Below, piece by piece: positions 1 through 13,140 of a stretch of DNA of 64,000 nucleotides. The notes under the pieces were generated by a model. It made no database searches. It had not been told where the DNA came from and saw only the letters and a program-made list of their open reading frames with translations. Made by a program: the position numbers and the translations under genes. How positions within the stretch are numbered: position 1 is the stretch's first letter; each line of letters opens with the position of its first letter. Origin of the DNA: Felis catus (taxonomy: Eukaryota); the NCBI RefSeq assembly GCF_018350175.1, contig NC_058368.1:6820001-6884000 (forward strand). Reading direction: 5' to 3'.

Positions 1-1921
1 TTAGAACCAGTCTTTTCAAACCCTGCCCTGCTTTAACTACCAAGTTTGTGTAGTATTCCAAATCCTTCGTTGACACTTCAACCGGCTTCACAGCATCGTC
101 AGCAGGAGCAGATTCCAGCTCGAGAAATCACGTTCTCTGCTCGGCCGTGAGAAGCAGTCCTCACCCCATCGCGTCCTATCACGAGATCCCAGCAACGCCG
201 TCCACCTTCAGGCCCCGCTTCTAGTCCTGGTTCTCTCGCTGTTTCCACCCCATCCGCCGTGACTGCCTCCACTGCCGTCCCCAACCTCCAAAGTCATCCC
301 CGAGGGTGGGAATCAACTTCTGCCAAACTCTTATAAAAGATATTTTGACCTCTTCCCGTTGTTCTTAATGGCTTTCCATTTCAGGAGGGATTTAATTTAC
401 TTTGCCCAGATCCATCAGAGGAATCGCTGTCTGTGGCACCTGCAACTTTATGAAATGTATTTCTTGAAAAATAAGAAAGTCAGACTGACTCCTTGATCCA
501 CGGGCTGTGGAATGGACGCTTGTCAAAAGGCACGAAAACATTCATCTCAGGGCACAATCTCCATCAGAGCTCTTGGGTGACCAGGCAGCATGACCGATGG
601 ATGAAGAGTAAAACTTGAAAGGAATCTTTTTTCTGCTTTTTCCCTGGGCAGAAGGTCTCAACGGTGGGCCTCAAATATTCAGTAAACCACGTTGTAAACA
701 GATGTGCTGTCATCCAGGCCTTGTTGTTCCATTTATAGAGCAGAGCGGATTTGGCGTAATTCTGGAGGGCCCCAGCATTTTCAGAATGGCCAGTGAGCAT
801 CAGTTTCAGGTCACCAGCTGCGTTAGCCCCTAACAAGAGAGCCCTGTCCTCTGACGCTCCGAAGCCAGGCCCGGACTTCCCTCTAGGTGTGCAAGTCCTT
901 GATGGCACGCATCGTCTTCCACAGACGGTTGTTCTGTCTACACCAACCACCTTCGTGAACGATCTTAGCCAGACCTTCTGGAGAACTTGCTGTGGCTTCC
1001 ACATTAGCACTGGCTGCTTCGCCTTTACTTTCACGTCACAGTCGGCTTCTCTCCTCAACCCCCACCCCTGCAGCTTCCAATTTTTCTCTTGCAGCTTCCT
1101 CGCCTCTCTCCGCCTTCAGAAAGTTGAAGAGAGTTTTGAGGGCTTGCTCTGGGTCAGACTTTGGCTCAAGGGAATGTTGCGGCCGGTCTGCTCTTCTGTC
1201 TAGACCACTCACACCTTCTCCGTGTCGGACATAAGGCTGCTTCGCTTTCTTGTCACTTGTGCGTTCGCTGGAGGAGCACTCTTCGCGTCCTTCACGAACG
1301 TTTCCTCGGCACTTGCGACGTGGCTGGAGTTTGGCACAAAGGACCCAGCTTTCAGTCTGTCTCAGCCGTCAACGTGCCCTTCCTCACTAAGCTTCACCAT
1401 TTCTAGCCTTGGATTCAAAGTGAGAGATGTGGGACTTGTGCTTTCACTGGCGCACGGAGGGGTCACTGCAGGGTTACTAACGGGCCTAGTTTCAATATTG
1501 TTGTGTCTCAGAGACTAGAGCAGCCGGAGGAGAGGGAAAGGGGGCCGGGGCGGGGGGCGGGGGGCGGGGGCAGGGGGGGGGGGCGGACGGGAGAGCACTC
1601 AGAGGACATGCAACTCTCATCAAGTAAGCTCACCATCTTGTAAGGGAGTGGTCTGTGCTACCCCCAAACATTACACCAGTGACATCGGAGAGCACGGGTC
1701 GTTATACGAAACGTGATAATAACGAGAAAGCATGAAATTTGGTGGGAATTGCCAAAATATGACACAGAGACACAAAGTGAGCAAATGCTGTTGGAAAAAG
1801 GGCCTCAATAGACTTGCTCGACGCAAGGATGCCATGAACCTCCAATATGTTAAAAAAAAAAAAAAAACAAAAACGCAGCGAAGTACAACAAAGCAGGGCA
1901 CAATAAAATGAGGTGTGCCTG
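1..1921 (-). mobile_element. Tigger1 DNA transposon fossil (pogo/Tc1-mariner superfamily), running off the left window edge
   Basis: The minus-strand end CAGGCACACCTCATTTTATTG next to TA (1922-1923) resembles the Tigger1 TIR. ORF 564-1058 contains LLLGANAAGD...KWNNKAWMTAHLFTTWFTEY, typical of Tigger1 transposase, but the frame is broken. Confidence 0.92.
1535..1590 (+). repeat. G-rich low-complexity tract inside Tigger1 (G-quadruplex-capable)
   Basis: Successive runs of 3-10 G separated by short spacers, such as ggggcggggggcggggggcgggggcagggggggggg. Confidence 0.7.
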
Positions 1922-1929
1922 TACCTGTC

Positions 1930-2112
1930 TTACAGAAACTCCTTCATAAAAGAGGGAATGATCACCAACTCATTTCTGAGGCCAGCTGAAAGCCGGTACC
2001 AAAACCTGACAGCGGTATTACAAGAAAATCCCAGACCAATAAGATCCCTCACGGTATCTCAAAGATGTGAAAACCAACAGAACATTAGCAGACTGAATCC
2101 GGCAACATATAA
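1930..2112 (+). mobile_element. Degenerate L1 ORF2 fragment
   Basis: aactcatttctgaggccagc...ccaaaacctgaca...agaccaat...ttagcagactgaatccggcaacatataaa resembles the L1 ORF2 [27 protein letters not shown] region. Confidence 0.6.
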
Positions 2113-3614
2113 ACCTCCCTTGGCGATGATATTATAGTTCTCCTAAATGACACGCTGATGTTTTTTCCTCAGGTTCTTTGTAAATAAAGACCAGTAACTG
2201 CAAAACTGGAAAGATTCCTTTATGTCCCTGAATTAACAAAGTAATCATAAATTTGTAAGGAGCATTTTAAAATATTAATAGAGCCCATTTCTCCTCCGGA
2301 AGAAAAGGGTCCTCAGCCCAACTTCAGTTTTCCGGAAATTTTCGATCTCCGCAGAAAAACGATGCTTACCCACGATGTGATTTTGAAAAACAAGCACGTC
2401 CCCTTGCAACCTCATCAGAGTATTCTGGACCAGGAATGAGCGGACTGCAGATACTAGTTTCTTAGCAAAAATGTACGCCCTCGTCATACACCAGGTTACA
2501 AAGTCAATGCCTACAGCAGCCACCGTCAGAAGGGGTGGCGGGCACATCTTCTCAACCCGGGGCCCCACGACCCAGCGAGCAGACCCTGACGAGAGAAGTC
2601 GTGTGCCCGAGATTTATCGGAGCGCTGCTCTGGGGGCCGAGTGGGGAAAGCCGAGAGGGAAGAGGAGGAAGCCAGCTGAGGGTTCAGTCTCGGGAAAAAG
2701 CCCACAGAGAGCAGCTCCAGCTTGGTCCCTCGGGGAAACCCTGCCTGGACTCTGAATCTCGCTGCAGATTTCTCTGGAGCGTGGCGAGGTGACTGGGCTT
2801 TCACACTCTCTTCTCCACCTGCCGGTCATAGGTCACAGGTTAAAAAAATTCCCAGAAGCTTCCTTCCTCCTCTGAAGAAGAGCCAGTGTGAAAGCGCCCC
2901 AAAGGAGTGGGGGTGGCGGAGAATGGGCCCTGAGGCCACTCCCTGACTAGAATACCGCCACTCTGCTGCAGGCAAGGGGGGGGGGGGGGCACGACAAAGG
3001 CGAATTCCATATTCTAGAGCCGTCTGCTGTCTGCAGATTCCCCAAGAATGGCCAGAAACCATTTTTTGAAGGAAAATTTCCCATTTGTGTAAACGGTGGG
3101 AGCCAAGCAAAGAGGTCCACACACACTGCGGGCCAGAGGGCACTAATATGCAAACTCTACCCCAGACAACTTTAACATCCCATCAGCACAAGCACGTAAG
3201 AACTTAATGGAATTCTGTTGGCAGAAGAGTTTCGTCATCGTACAGACAGAAAATCCCACCTTCTCGTGGACTGTCATGTCAACGAGGCCTAACTGGGGAA
3301 GGTCAGGCTGAGTGTGACAGGGAAACGGAAGTTATGGCTGCACGTGAGGAAGACACCAGACTGAGTGGGAAGCACCGAGAGGAGAGCTGGACCCGACGGA
3401 GCCTGACTCCAGTGGGTGTCATCAACGAAGGCAGGTCGGGGGACAGGGCAGATCCAGAGTGCCCCGACCGGGGGTGGGGGGCAAGAGTGCTGATCGCTAT
3501 CTGGAGATGCTTCCAGGTGCGCATCCGGACAGCATCAACCTGTCAAAAGACAGAAGGACCTAGGCAACCGGACACACGGGTCAGATTCAGGAGGATTCCA
3601 AATGGGGGAGGGGG

Positions 3615-3968
3615 TGCTACCGTCTGAATGCTTGTGTCCCCCCAAAACTCATGTTCAAAACCTAATACCCAACCTGACGGTTCTAGGAGGTGGGGCCTCC
3701 GGGAGGTGCTTACACCATGAGGGTGGAGCCTTCACAGATGGGATTAGTGTCTTCACGAAAGACCCTAGAGAGCTTGCGGGAGTCCTTCCACCAGGCAGGA
3801 AGGCACCTGCTGGGGACCACGAAGAGGGCCCTCACTGGAACACAGCATGCTGGTGCCTCAATTCTAGACCGCCAGCTTCCAGAATGCGAACGAATCGATA
3901 CATTTCTGCTATTTATAATCCGCCCAGTCTATGGGGTTTTGTTACGGCAGTCTCAGCAGACGGAGACA
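3615..3968 (+). mobile_element. MaLR solo LTR, MLT1A-like
   Basis: Begins TGCTACCGTCTGAATG, contains ggaggtggggcc, gggattagtg and tccagaa, and ends cagtctatggggttttgttacggcag...gagaCA. Length about 350 bp. Confidence 0.85.
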
Positions 3969-4254
3969 GGGTGTGTGTGAAAGGGCCGACTACTCCCGAC
4001 GTGATACTAACCGTGACTAGAACCTGCACACGCAGAAAAACGATACGCATCTAGCTAGGGAAACCGAGCAGAAGGCAAGAACTTGGCCTCAGGAACAGGA
4101 AGAACCTCAGTTACCACTAGATCAGGGTGGACAGAGACAGGCAGCGGCCACAACAACCAGATGCTGAGTCACCTGGGCACTGCGTGAGTCGTCCTCAACG
4201 CCGCCCGCGGACAGCGGTGGGCCTGGAGGCGGGCTCGGCTGAATGTGGCCTAAA

Positions 4255-4315
4255 GGGAGAGAGAGTACAGGGAGGGGAGAGAGTACAGGGAGGGGAGAGA
4301 GTACAGGGAGGGGAG
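4255..4315 (+). repeat. 18-bp tandem repeat (gggagagagtacagggag) x3
   Basis: Direct reading; it produces the ERVQGG repeat in ORF 4127-4741. Confidence 0.85.
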
Positions 4316-4919
4316 CGAGGAGGGGGTGTGGTGGAGAGCCGTTCAGGCTGGCTCAGCTCCCCACTGTCACTCGCCATCAGATCCCGCTCTCAGGGAGAAG
4401 GGAGTGACAGGCGAGTGCTCCTTAAAATCGCAAGCGGCACTCCCCGCCCGGAGGACAGGAAAACAGCACCTAAAACAACGCCAGAAGCCATCAAATCTTC
4501 TCGTTCCAGTTCCCCGGCTTCATCACCTTGCTTCTACCCTATGCTTTTATCCTCCCACTGGGTGACAGCTCGGGACTGTCTCATCCACATTTACCAACCT
4601 CGTATTTTTCCTGGACTGTGCTATACAGGGGTGCTACGTGAAAGGAGTCAATGTGCGGACGAATTCTGTATGAAAGATAAAAAGATAAATTTCTTCTATT
4701 CTCTGGGTCTCCTCAGGGTCCACAATATGAAGCATGAATAAACAATGAAGAGGAAATTTTACCATATAGCAAATTCATTCGATCACGGAATACTTATTTT
4801 AGGGCACCATTTCCAGAAATCGTTCTTTGACGTTGTTCCAAGATCGGCTGGTTGCAAAGAAGACACCGTCTTTACGTTAATACAAACACAGATTCCGAAT
4901 GAAAGCCAAATCACATGCA

Positions 4920-7180
4920 TTTTTCTATTGTGGTAAAAAACATATGAACTTTACTATCTTCACCCCTTTTAAACAGAGAGTATGGCAGCGTTCCCTATAA
5001 GCACACAGTTGTGCCACAGATCTCCAGAACTGTGGAGAAAATTGCCAAGTTTTCATTTTGCAAACTGAAAGTCTACACCCGCTGAATAACTCCTCTTCTT
5101 CCCTCCCCGCAGACCTGACAAGCACCATTTTATTTTGTCTCTCAGAATGTCACTACTTTGGATTCCTCAGATCACTCGAATCCTACAGAATTTGCCTTTT
5201 TGTGACCGGCTTACTTCACTTAACGTGATATGCTCAAGATTCATCTATGTTAGATGTGACAAGATTTCCTTCCTTGTCAAGGCTGAACGAGACCCCATTT
5301 TATGCTCATCCCACATTTTCTTTATCCGCTCATCTGCAGATGGACATCTAAGCTGTTTCCTCCCGTTGGTTATTGTGAACGATGCAGCAATAAACACAGG
5401 GGTACACACATCTCTTCTGACACCGTTTTCAATCCTTTTGGATATATATCTAGAAGAAGGAACGCGAGATCATAAGGTAGTTCTATTTTCAGTATTTTGA
5501 GGAACCTCCACACTGTTTTCCACAGGAGCTATGCCAGTTTATATTCTCACCAATAGTGTACGAGGCTCCAGTTTCTCCACATCGTCGCCACACTTATTTT
5601 CTCACTTTCCAATAAAGGCCACCCTGACTGGTGTGAAAGGATACCTCACTGTAGTTCTGATGTGCCTTTTCCCGACGAGTAGCTTTAGTTGAGTATCTTC
5701 TCATATGCTTGGCGGCCATTTGTTTATCTTCTTTGGAGAAATGTTTACTCAAGTTCTTTGCCTGGTTTTTGTTGCTGAGCCGGACGAGTTCTTGGTATAT
5801 TTTGGGTTATTAACCTCTTGTCACGTATTGGTTTTCAAATATTTTCTCCCATTCATGCCTTTTCACTCCACTTATCGTCTCCCTAGGTTACGCGTACATT
5901 TTTAAGCTTGACAGAGTCCCATCTGTCTACTTTTGCCTTTGTTGCTTGTGCTTTTTGGTGTCATATTTGAGAAATCATGGCCATATCCAAGGTCATGAAG
6001 ACTTTCCGTTATTCTAGGAGTTTTACAGTTTCAGGTCGTATGTTTAGGTCTTTCATCCATTTTGAATTAAGTTTTGTACATGGTATAAGGTAAGGTTTTG
6101 CACATGGATATCCAGTGGTCCCAAAACATCGGGTGAAGAGACTGTGTACTTTCCCTATTTTTGTATCGTGCGGCCTTGGTGCACTTGTAGATCATCTGAC
6201 CATGCGAGTGAGGGTTTATTTCTGGGCTCTCTACTCTTTTGCATTGATCTATAGGTCTGTCTTTATCCCAGTCCATGCCGTTTTAATTCCTGTAGCTTTG
6301 TAATAGGTTTTGAAGTCAGGAAGTGTGAGGCCTCCAGCTTTGTTTTCTTTAAAGATTGTTTTGGCTTTAAGAGTCCTTCGAGATTTCTCCTATGAATCGT
6401 GGGTGTTTTTTCCCCTATTTCATCAAAAACTGCTATGGAGATTTTGACAGAGGTTAAACTGAATCTGTAGACTCTTCTAGGTAGTATGACCATTTTAACA
6501 GTATTAAGTCTTCCAATCCATAAACGCAAGATATCTTTCCATCTACTTGTACATATCTTCTTTAATTTTTCAGTAATACTTTATAGTTTTCAGGGTACAA
6601 GTCTTTAGCCCCCATCAAGTCCATTTCTAAGTATTTTATTCCCTTTGATGCTACTGTAAATGGGATTCTTTTGTTAACTTTCTTTTCGGATTGTTCAGTT
6701 AGTGCCCAGAAATGCAACCGATTTTTGCATGTTGATTTCGTATCTGCACGTCTGCTGAATTGATTAGTTCTAACAAGGTTTTTTTTCTTGTTGTTGTTTC
6801 ATCTTTAGGGTTTTCTGTCAATAAGATCGTTACCTGTGAACAGAGAGAATCTGACTTCTTCCTTTCCCTTTTGGATGCCTTTTATTTCTTTTTCTTTTTT
6901 TTGCCTAACTGCCCGGGCTACGATTTCTAATACTATGCTGAATAATGGCAAGACTAGGCATCCTTGTCTTGTTCCTGATCCTAGAGAAAAAGCTCTTATT
7001 TTTTTTAACCACTGGGTCTGATGTTAGCTGTGGGCTTGTTAGAGATGGCCTTTATTTATGTTGAGGTATGTTCCTTCTATCCCTAGTTTGCTGAGTGTTT
7101 TTATCATGGACGGGTGTTGAATTTTCTCAAATGCTTCTTCTGTGTCCACTGAGATGATCCCATGGTTTTTGTACTTCATC
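4920..7180 (-). mobile_element. 5'-truncated old L1 (L1MA/L1MB-type 3' end plus ORF2 C-terminal half), degenerate
   Basis: Minus-strand fragments [33 protein letters not shown] and TRQGCL are L1 ORF2 motifs. The L1 3' UTR-like sequence ends at about 4920. Confidence 0.9.
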
Positions 7181-7869
7181 CAGACTGAAACCTTTTAAAG
7201 TCAAACTGCTTTTTGTTTCTTTAATAAGAACTATGATCTGTATATCCAACACAATCTTACTCTCTTAGTCTGAGACTAAGAGCTGGTAGATGTCAACTAA
7301 AGCAAGTGAGACCCAAAAAGATTAAATCAGACTTGCTCAATATTACAACGCAAGTTATCAGAAGGGCTGACGCTAGATCCTAGTAGAAAATAGATAATTT
7401 CTGTATTGCTGTCTTTCCGTAAATTAACGCGCAACTTATCCTACAGAAATACTCTAAAAACCGTGTGAAAATGTGTCTGTTGGTGGGCATATACATACAA
7501 AATATGCATATTCACCAAAGCAATGTAACAGTAAAAACAAAAAAAAAAAAAAAGGGAACAATCTAAGCTATTAGAGTTAGCTGTGAACACAGTTCACAGA
7601 TTATGGTATATTAGTGGTACGCCCATACAAAAAGTCTATGGAGCACCTCATCAGAATGATGTAAAAATATACTTTCGGTGACATGCTTGTCATTTATTAA
7701 GGGAAAAAAGCTACAAAACTGCATATAAAAATTTGATTCCATTGCAAGAATTACATGTGTGCATACAGACACCCTTCAAAAATCCAGGATACACAAAAAC
7801 GTTAACAGCACTTTCATAATGATTCTTAATTGACGTATACTTATCTATATTTTCTAATTTCTTTACAGA

Positions 7870-7871
<2 letters not shown>

Positions 7872-7900
<29 letters not shown>
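7872..7900. repeat. (TA)n microsatellite
   Basis: Direct reading. Confidence 0.95.
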
Positions 7901-7903
<3 letters not shown>

Positions 7904-9370
7904 CCCATGTATATTAACAAAAAACCTCATATTAAATGATATATTAAAACCTAATGGATGTCTGCAAAACAAACAGCTTGAGTTTGTAAACCATCTTTAA
8001 TTACTCACGTATACGGCTATTTGTCATTCTGTACGAAGACCAGCCAGGCTCACAGATACGCCTTCCTCCGTGTGGCCAAAGAAGTTCGCGAGTCGGATTC
8101 CTCTTAGTTACATCTAGTCCTTGACTCTGTCTTCCTTAACCAACAGTCTTGGACACCTTCTACACTTCCAGGATTAATCTGATACGTCCTCTCCCCAACT
8201 TTTGTGAGGTACCCACCCCAACCATCTTCACTAACAGAAGAGAACAATGAGTCATCTGCTTTGATTACCTGTGTCCACTACCTAAAACCCCTCCCTTCCT
8301 AATAAATGTATCTGTGTCCAAAAGAAAAACAAAAAGATAATCATTTAAAAACCTAAGTTCTTCTTTTCATGAACATTTCAATTCAACCGTCAGGTGGGGC
8401 CATACTAGGTAGACGGCTGTGCCGTCAGGGGAGAGGGGAAACCCAAGCAGAGCAAAGAGCATGTCTGTATGACGTGTGTGCATGGTGGGGGTGGAGGGAG
8501 AAGACTGGTCACCTACAGGGTCACTGAACAATTAAATAAATACAGAAAGATAACGGGAGCCAATTTTTACTTTCAGAGAAGGAAACCACAAATATGAAAA
8601 AGGAGAAAACTAGAATGGACCCTATGGTGTTGGCTGAAATTGGGGATTTAACTGTGAATTCATGGTTTTTCAATATGGAAAGATCAACAGGCAAGATACA
8701 CAGGTAGAGATGTGAAATTGGGAATTTAATTGGGAACTTATGGTTTTTTTAATACGGAAAGATCAACAGGCAAGATACACAGGTATAGATGTGAGTATAT
8801 ACCCCCACCCTCCAGCTCTGCTCACCCAGGGGGCTCGAGAACAGAAACTTCCCGATAGCAGGGAGCACACCTCTATCAAAGTCTTGCTTTCTAAACATCA
8901 TTCTCCTCCTCAAAGAAACCAGGTCTCTCTGGAGAAATGGCTGGACCAGAGTGGGGGCAAGGCAAGTACAAAATGAGACAATGAGCCAGGAGTATCTTGT
9001 GGTCCCAGAAAGTAAAGAAACACTCAAGGATGAGGGGACAGGTCATAAAGACACAGGCGCCAGCTTGAAGGGGTTCCCGCTGGCCAAATCGGGGATCATT
9101 TGCACATAAAAAAAGTAAGAATGGCAACGGATCATAACCCACTGAAAAAAACAAACGAATAAACAAAAAAACCCTGGAGTCCAAACTGAGATTTAGAAAA
9201 TGAAAAATATTAGAAGTCTGATGAGGAATGGGTGTATTTACAATCTAAAAATAACCTCCACACAAAATACTTATGAATTATACATGAGCAAAAACATAGC
9301 GTAAGAGTGAAGAACTCTGGGAGACATCCCCTTAATCAAGTGCTCAAAGATAACAGCACCAGTAATGGGA

Positions 9371-10112
9371 TGTCAGAAAAGGGTTAACCTAGCGGGCCTC
9401 GGACTGTCTTTACAAAGGTCTGCTTGGGGGGCCCCTGGGTGGCTCAGTTGGTTAAGTGTCCCACTCTGGCTCAAGTCATGATCTTGCGGTTTGGGGGTTC
9501 GAGCCCCGCATCGAGCTCTGTGCCAACAGCTCAGAGCCTGGAGCCTGCTTCAGATTCTGTGTCTCCCTCTCTCTCTGCCCCTCCCCTGCTCACACTCTGT
9601 CACCCTCCTGTCTCTCAATAATAAATAAATGCTTAAAAAAAACACTTCTTTTAGAAAGGTCTGCTTATAAGGGTGATCCTCGGTTAATATATGAGAATTT
9701 GGATTTGAGGAGTGTCCCTAAATGATAAGCGTGTCTCCACACGCCTAAATTGTTTGAACAAACAATGTGGCTTATGCTCAACACCTGTTTTCCTTCTGAG
9801 AGTCTGGACTTTTGGTACATGCTGGGCAGACGGCGCCTAGCCTTCGGTTTAAAACACTGGACACTGAGTCTATAATGAGCCTCCCTAGCAGAAAACACTT
9901 TTCCCACGTCACATTCAACGCTACAGGCGTGAAGTACGCCCACGTGACTCCATGGGACTGGACTCCCGGAAGCTCACCTGGTTTTCTGCTTTGCTGACGT
10001 GCTTTGTCACCTTTCCCTGTAATAAGTCTCAGCTGTGAGCATGAACTACATACACGGAGTCCTGTGAGTCCTTCTAGTGAGTGTCCGGAGTGGTCTTAGG
10101 GACCCCCACACA
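9371..10112 (+). mobile_element. ERVL-class solo LTR, MER68/MER21-group-like
   Basis: Starts TGTCAGAAAAGGGTTAAC, contains aaacaatgtggcttatgct..cacctg..ttccttctg.gagtctgga, and ends gagtcctgtgagtccttctag...tggtcttagggacccccacaCA. Confidence 0.75.
9426..9645 (+). mobile_element. Can-SINE (SINEC_Fc-type) inserted in the LTR
   Basis: tRNA-derived head cctgggtggctcagttggttaag, CT-rich body, aataaa/A tail, TSD aaaggtctgctt. Confidence 0.93.
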
Positions 10113-11031
10113 CCATGTGTCACTTAAGAGGATACAACGGGAAGAAGAGAGCTTCACTTCTGGGAGACTCCCACCCAGAATACATAACCTGAACCTAATC
10201 CTAAGAAAACACGAGATGACCCCAAAGAGGGCGGTCTATAAAATAACGAATCGGTAATCTTCAAAACTCTCAAGATTTTTAAAGTCAACAAGAGACTAAA
10301 GAACTGTTCCAAATGTAGAGACTAAAGAGACACAAATACTAAATGTAATGTATGTTTCTGGACCGGGTCCTTTTTTCCATAAAGGACATTACCGGGACAT
10401 CTGCGCTAATAAAATAAGGTCTACGAGAACAGTGGCGTGTCAGTGTGACTTTCCCCGTGTGGGTGAATACAGCCATGGGAAAACTTCCTTGTTGGTAGGA
10501 AATGGCCACTCAAGTGTCCAGGATCGTGGGACATCACACCAGGACCTTATTTTCAAACGATTTAGGGTAAAATAGCATTCTTGGTACGGTTCATACAGCT
10601 TTTCTTTGACTTTGAGATTGTTTCAAAGTAAGAAGTAAGGTAACGAGAATGATGATGACGACTCCATTCCCTGACACCGAATCCCAAAGAAGAGAAGGTC
10701 CAACATCCTATGTGGGAAGAGCGGAAACTCGGGTACAGCTCCCCCTACCTCTCCCCACCAAGGAAAAAGCTACACAGGCAGCAAAGCCTCGAAGTCAAAT
10801 ATTTTAACCGTACTGGTTTAGGATTGTTAAACAAGTGTAGAAAGTGGCCTGAGGGTGGAGAGTGGAATGCTGTTGATCTGGTGACAACTTAATGCGTCTT
10901 CATTACCCAACGATAACATTCAAAAGTTTCACTCAGTGTAAATTTTCACACATCCCTTTCAGCTAGAAAAGCCCATCGATAACACCCATTGCCAGAGAAA
11001 TCACTAAAACAGTTTAAAAACTCTAAATTAC

Positions 11032-11115
11032 CGTTTGTGTGCCTCCTGTTTGCTGCGACATTCTTCACAGTAATATTTGTATTCACTGCACAGAGTTTCT
11101 GTGTTGCTAAAACCC
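11032..11115 (-). CDS. USP12: USP12 coding exon (exon 6), [28 protein letters not shown]
   Basis: 84 nt, acceptor acacag, donor gtaatt, after a 113-nt intron. Carries the second CxxC (CEEC). GFSN, SEYK and CEECRS are USP12-type rather than USP46-type. Confidence 0.96.
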
Positions 11116-11228
11116 CTGTGTAAAATTCAAAATAAATTTATTTTGTCTATACCGGAGAACTGTGTGTTTCAAAATATTCTAAACCAAAGACATTCATTAA
11201 ATTTCAACATAAATGCATCTACAATTAC

Positions 11229-11305
11229 CTTAAGCAGTGAGTGATCGATGTGTTTTGTTCCACGTCAACAGAAAGGTCTAAAAAATCTTCATCTTTGCTG
11301 CTTAT
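11229..11305 (-). CDS. USP12: USP12 coding exon (exon 5), [26 protein letters not shown]
   Basis: 77 nt, acceptor ttccag, donor gtaatt, frame continuous with exon 4. Confidence 0.96.
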
Positions 11306-12869
11306 CTGGAAAAACAGGGAATTACCTTTGATTTTTTAAAATATCAGTAAATCACTGCTCTGAAATAATAGAATTAAATTCATTCTATTAGTAGTAGGTA
11401 TATGAAGAATTCTTTTTCCCCCCAAATTCACAAGAAATCTCCTTGATCTGGATTATCCAACGGGACACTGAGTAAACGACTCTCATCATGTGGACAGGTT
11501 AAACAGCAAAGTACATCTGGGATCGATTCCCTTACTGGCAGAGGCGAGGATGTCAAATCCCATCACTTTCCCAAATCTTGGTATTATTGTCAAGCACGAA
11601 ACAAACTGCCCATATACACTGATACTTAAAACACACACACACGCATGCACACACAGGCCAAGACGGAATGAGGATGCTTGGCAAGGGCCTGACGCCCGTG
11701 TTGTTTTACCATTTAAGGAAATAATTATAGCCTAAAATGCCAAATTACAATCTTCACCGATGACCTTTTCTAACCCTTCCCTAAAAAACCTAACCTAAGG
11801 TTCTGTTTGAATTATGGCTAAATCATCTGATAAAAAAAAAAATTAGTGCTTATTGGTTTGAACAGGATTAGGGTGGAACTGCAGACGTCGCTTTTCCTAG
11901 CTCTTTCCTTCGACGACTCTCTGCCCGGGGTGAGCGTGCAACAGAGCTCTGGCGGAGCCTCGCACCCACCACGGCCGTACCCCCGGGGGGTAAGTGCTCT
12001 CCTGCTTCAACGGCGCACCTGTTTCAGGAGCTCGGCATCAGTACCTCGTGATACATCGTGTAGCTGTACGGATTTGGAGCCGCATCTACTATGTCCTTAC
12101 GCCAAGAGGAGTACGTTTTTACCGTGCGCACAAGGTACAGTGACCCCGTGAGGTAAGTGATCTGGGTCACGAAAGATTCAGTGAACAAGAAAGAATAAGG
12201 AAGATGGCACAGAGAGAGGAAAGGGAACGGGAGGTGCTTAAGGAAAAAGAATCAGCTCCGTTTTGGAGGAAGGAGAGGAGGGTGGCACGGGATGGCGTGG
12301 CAGAGACAGGCTAACACGCGGCTTTACGTGCAGGCCAAAAAGGAGTGAAGACTTAAGAGCCTGGTGTTTGTCCAAACGAGGTCTGCGGGTTCTCAGGCGC
12401 TGCCTCGGCGGTCTTCATTTTACACTTCCATCTTTATGATATAGAAGGAGGCTCTGGATCATCTGGATAGATCTGAGTTGCTATGTTTGGGTTCACAAGC
12501 GTGCTGGTACCAGGCAATCACCGAGTGGGGCACTATTTAACTTGCAAAAGTGTTTGTAAACACGTCTGCTTGTTGTCGGACTCCCATGCTCTAACGTCAG
12601 GTCACACCCAGGATGTGGGAGACTCAGAGAAGCAGTCTAAGCTGGAGACGTGGGTGGGGAGTCATCAGCACAGGCGGTAACGAAAACGGACCGCGACCCT
12701 CCCGATGCAGAGTGAGAAGCCGTCCAAAGTGAAAGCCTGGAGGACACCCACATTTAAAGACTAAACAGAAGACAAGGAATGAGGCCAAGAAGAAACCATC
12801 AGAAGACAGAGTTGTTACAGGGACCCAGCCTCCTAACCAACTGGGGTATTAACAACCGCGTTACCAACA

Positions 12870-13140
12870 CCTGCCACACAAACACTGCCTCCTCCAAGAA
12901 GCCCACTCCTACGTGGAGCGGTCAGGTCTCCTTGTTCTCTGACTCGCGCGGGCTCCTGTGCTTACCTGAACCGTTAACGTACTGGACTGGAATTGTCTGC
13001 CTGTCACCGGTCTGTACTCCTCTACGAGCAGCTGCAGATCAGGATCTCTACGTCTTACTCACCTTCTGCCAACCTCTACCCATCTTCTACCTGGCCCGGC
13101 TGGCACTTAAATATTTATGCAAAACTAAAGAAATGATACA
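12870..13140 (+). mobile_element. L2 3' remnant
   Basis: ctgcctcctccaagaagccc...tgtctgcctgtc...tggcacttaaatatttatg resembles decayed L2 3' sequence. Confidence 0.4.

Larger units (their letters stand above)
8520..10630 (+). mobile_element. Ancient L1 3' region (L1MC/L1MD-like), interrupted by an LTR
   Basis: aaagaaaccagg..ctggagaaatggctg..ggggcaagg..atcttgtggtcccagaaagtaa and the later cataacctgaacctaatc..aagaaaaca..gaactgttcc motifs resemble L1MC3/4 3' ends. Confidence 0.55.

Noticed and set aside
564..1058. Functional or domesticated transposase (TIGD1-like) gene
   Set aside because: Only part of the ORF is in the transposase frame, the start region is mutated and residues are deleted, so this is a decayed Tigger1 copy.
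4127..4741. 204-aa ORF
   Set aside because: GTG start, low complexity from an 18-bp repeat, no recognisable domain.
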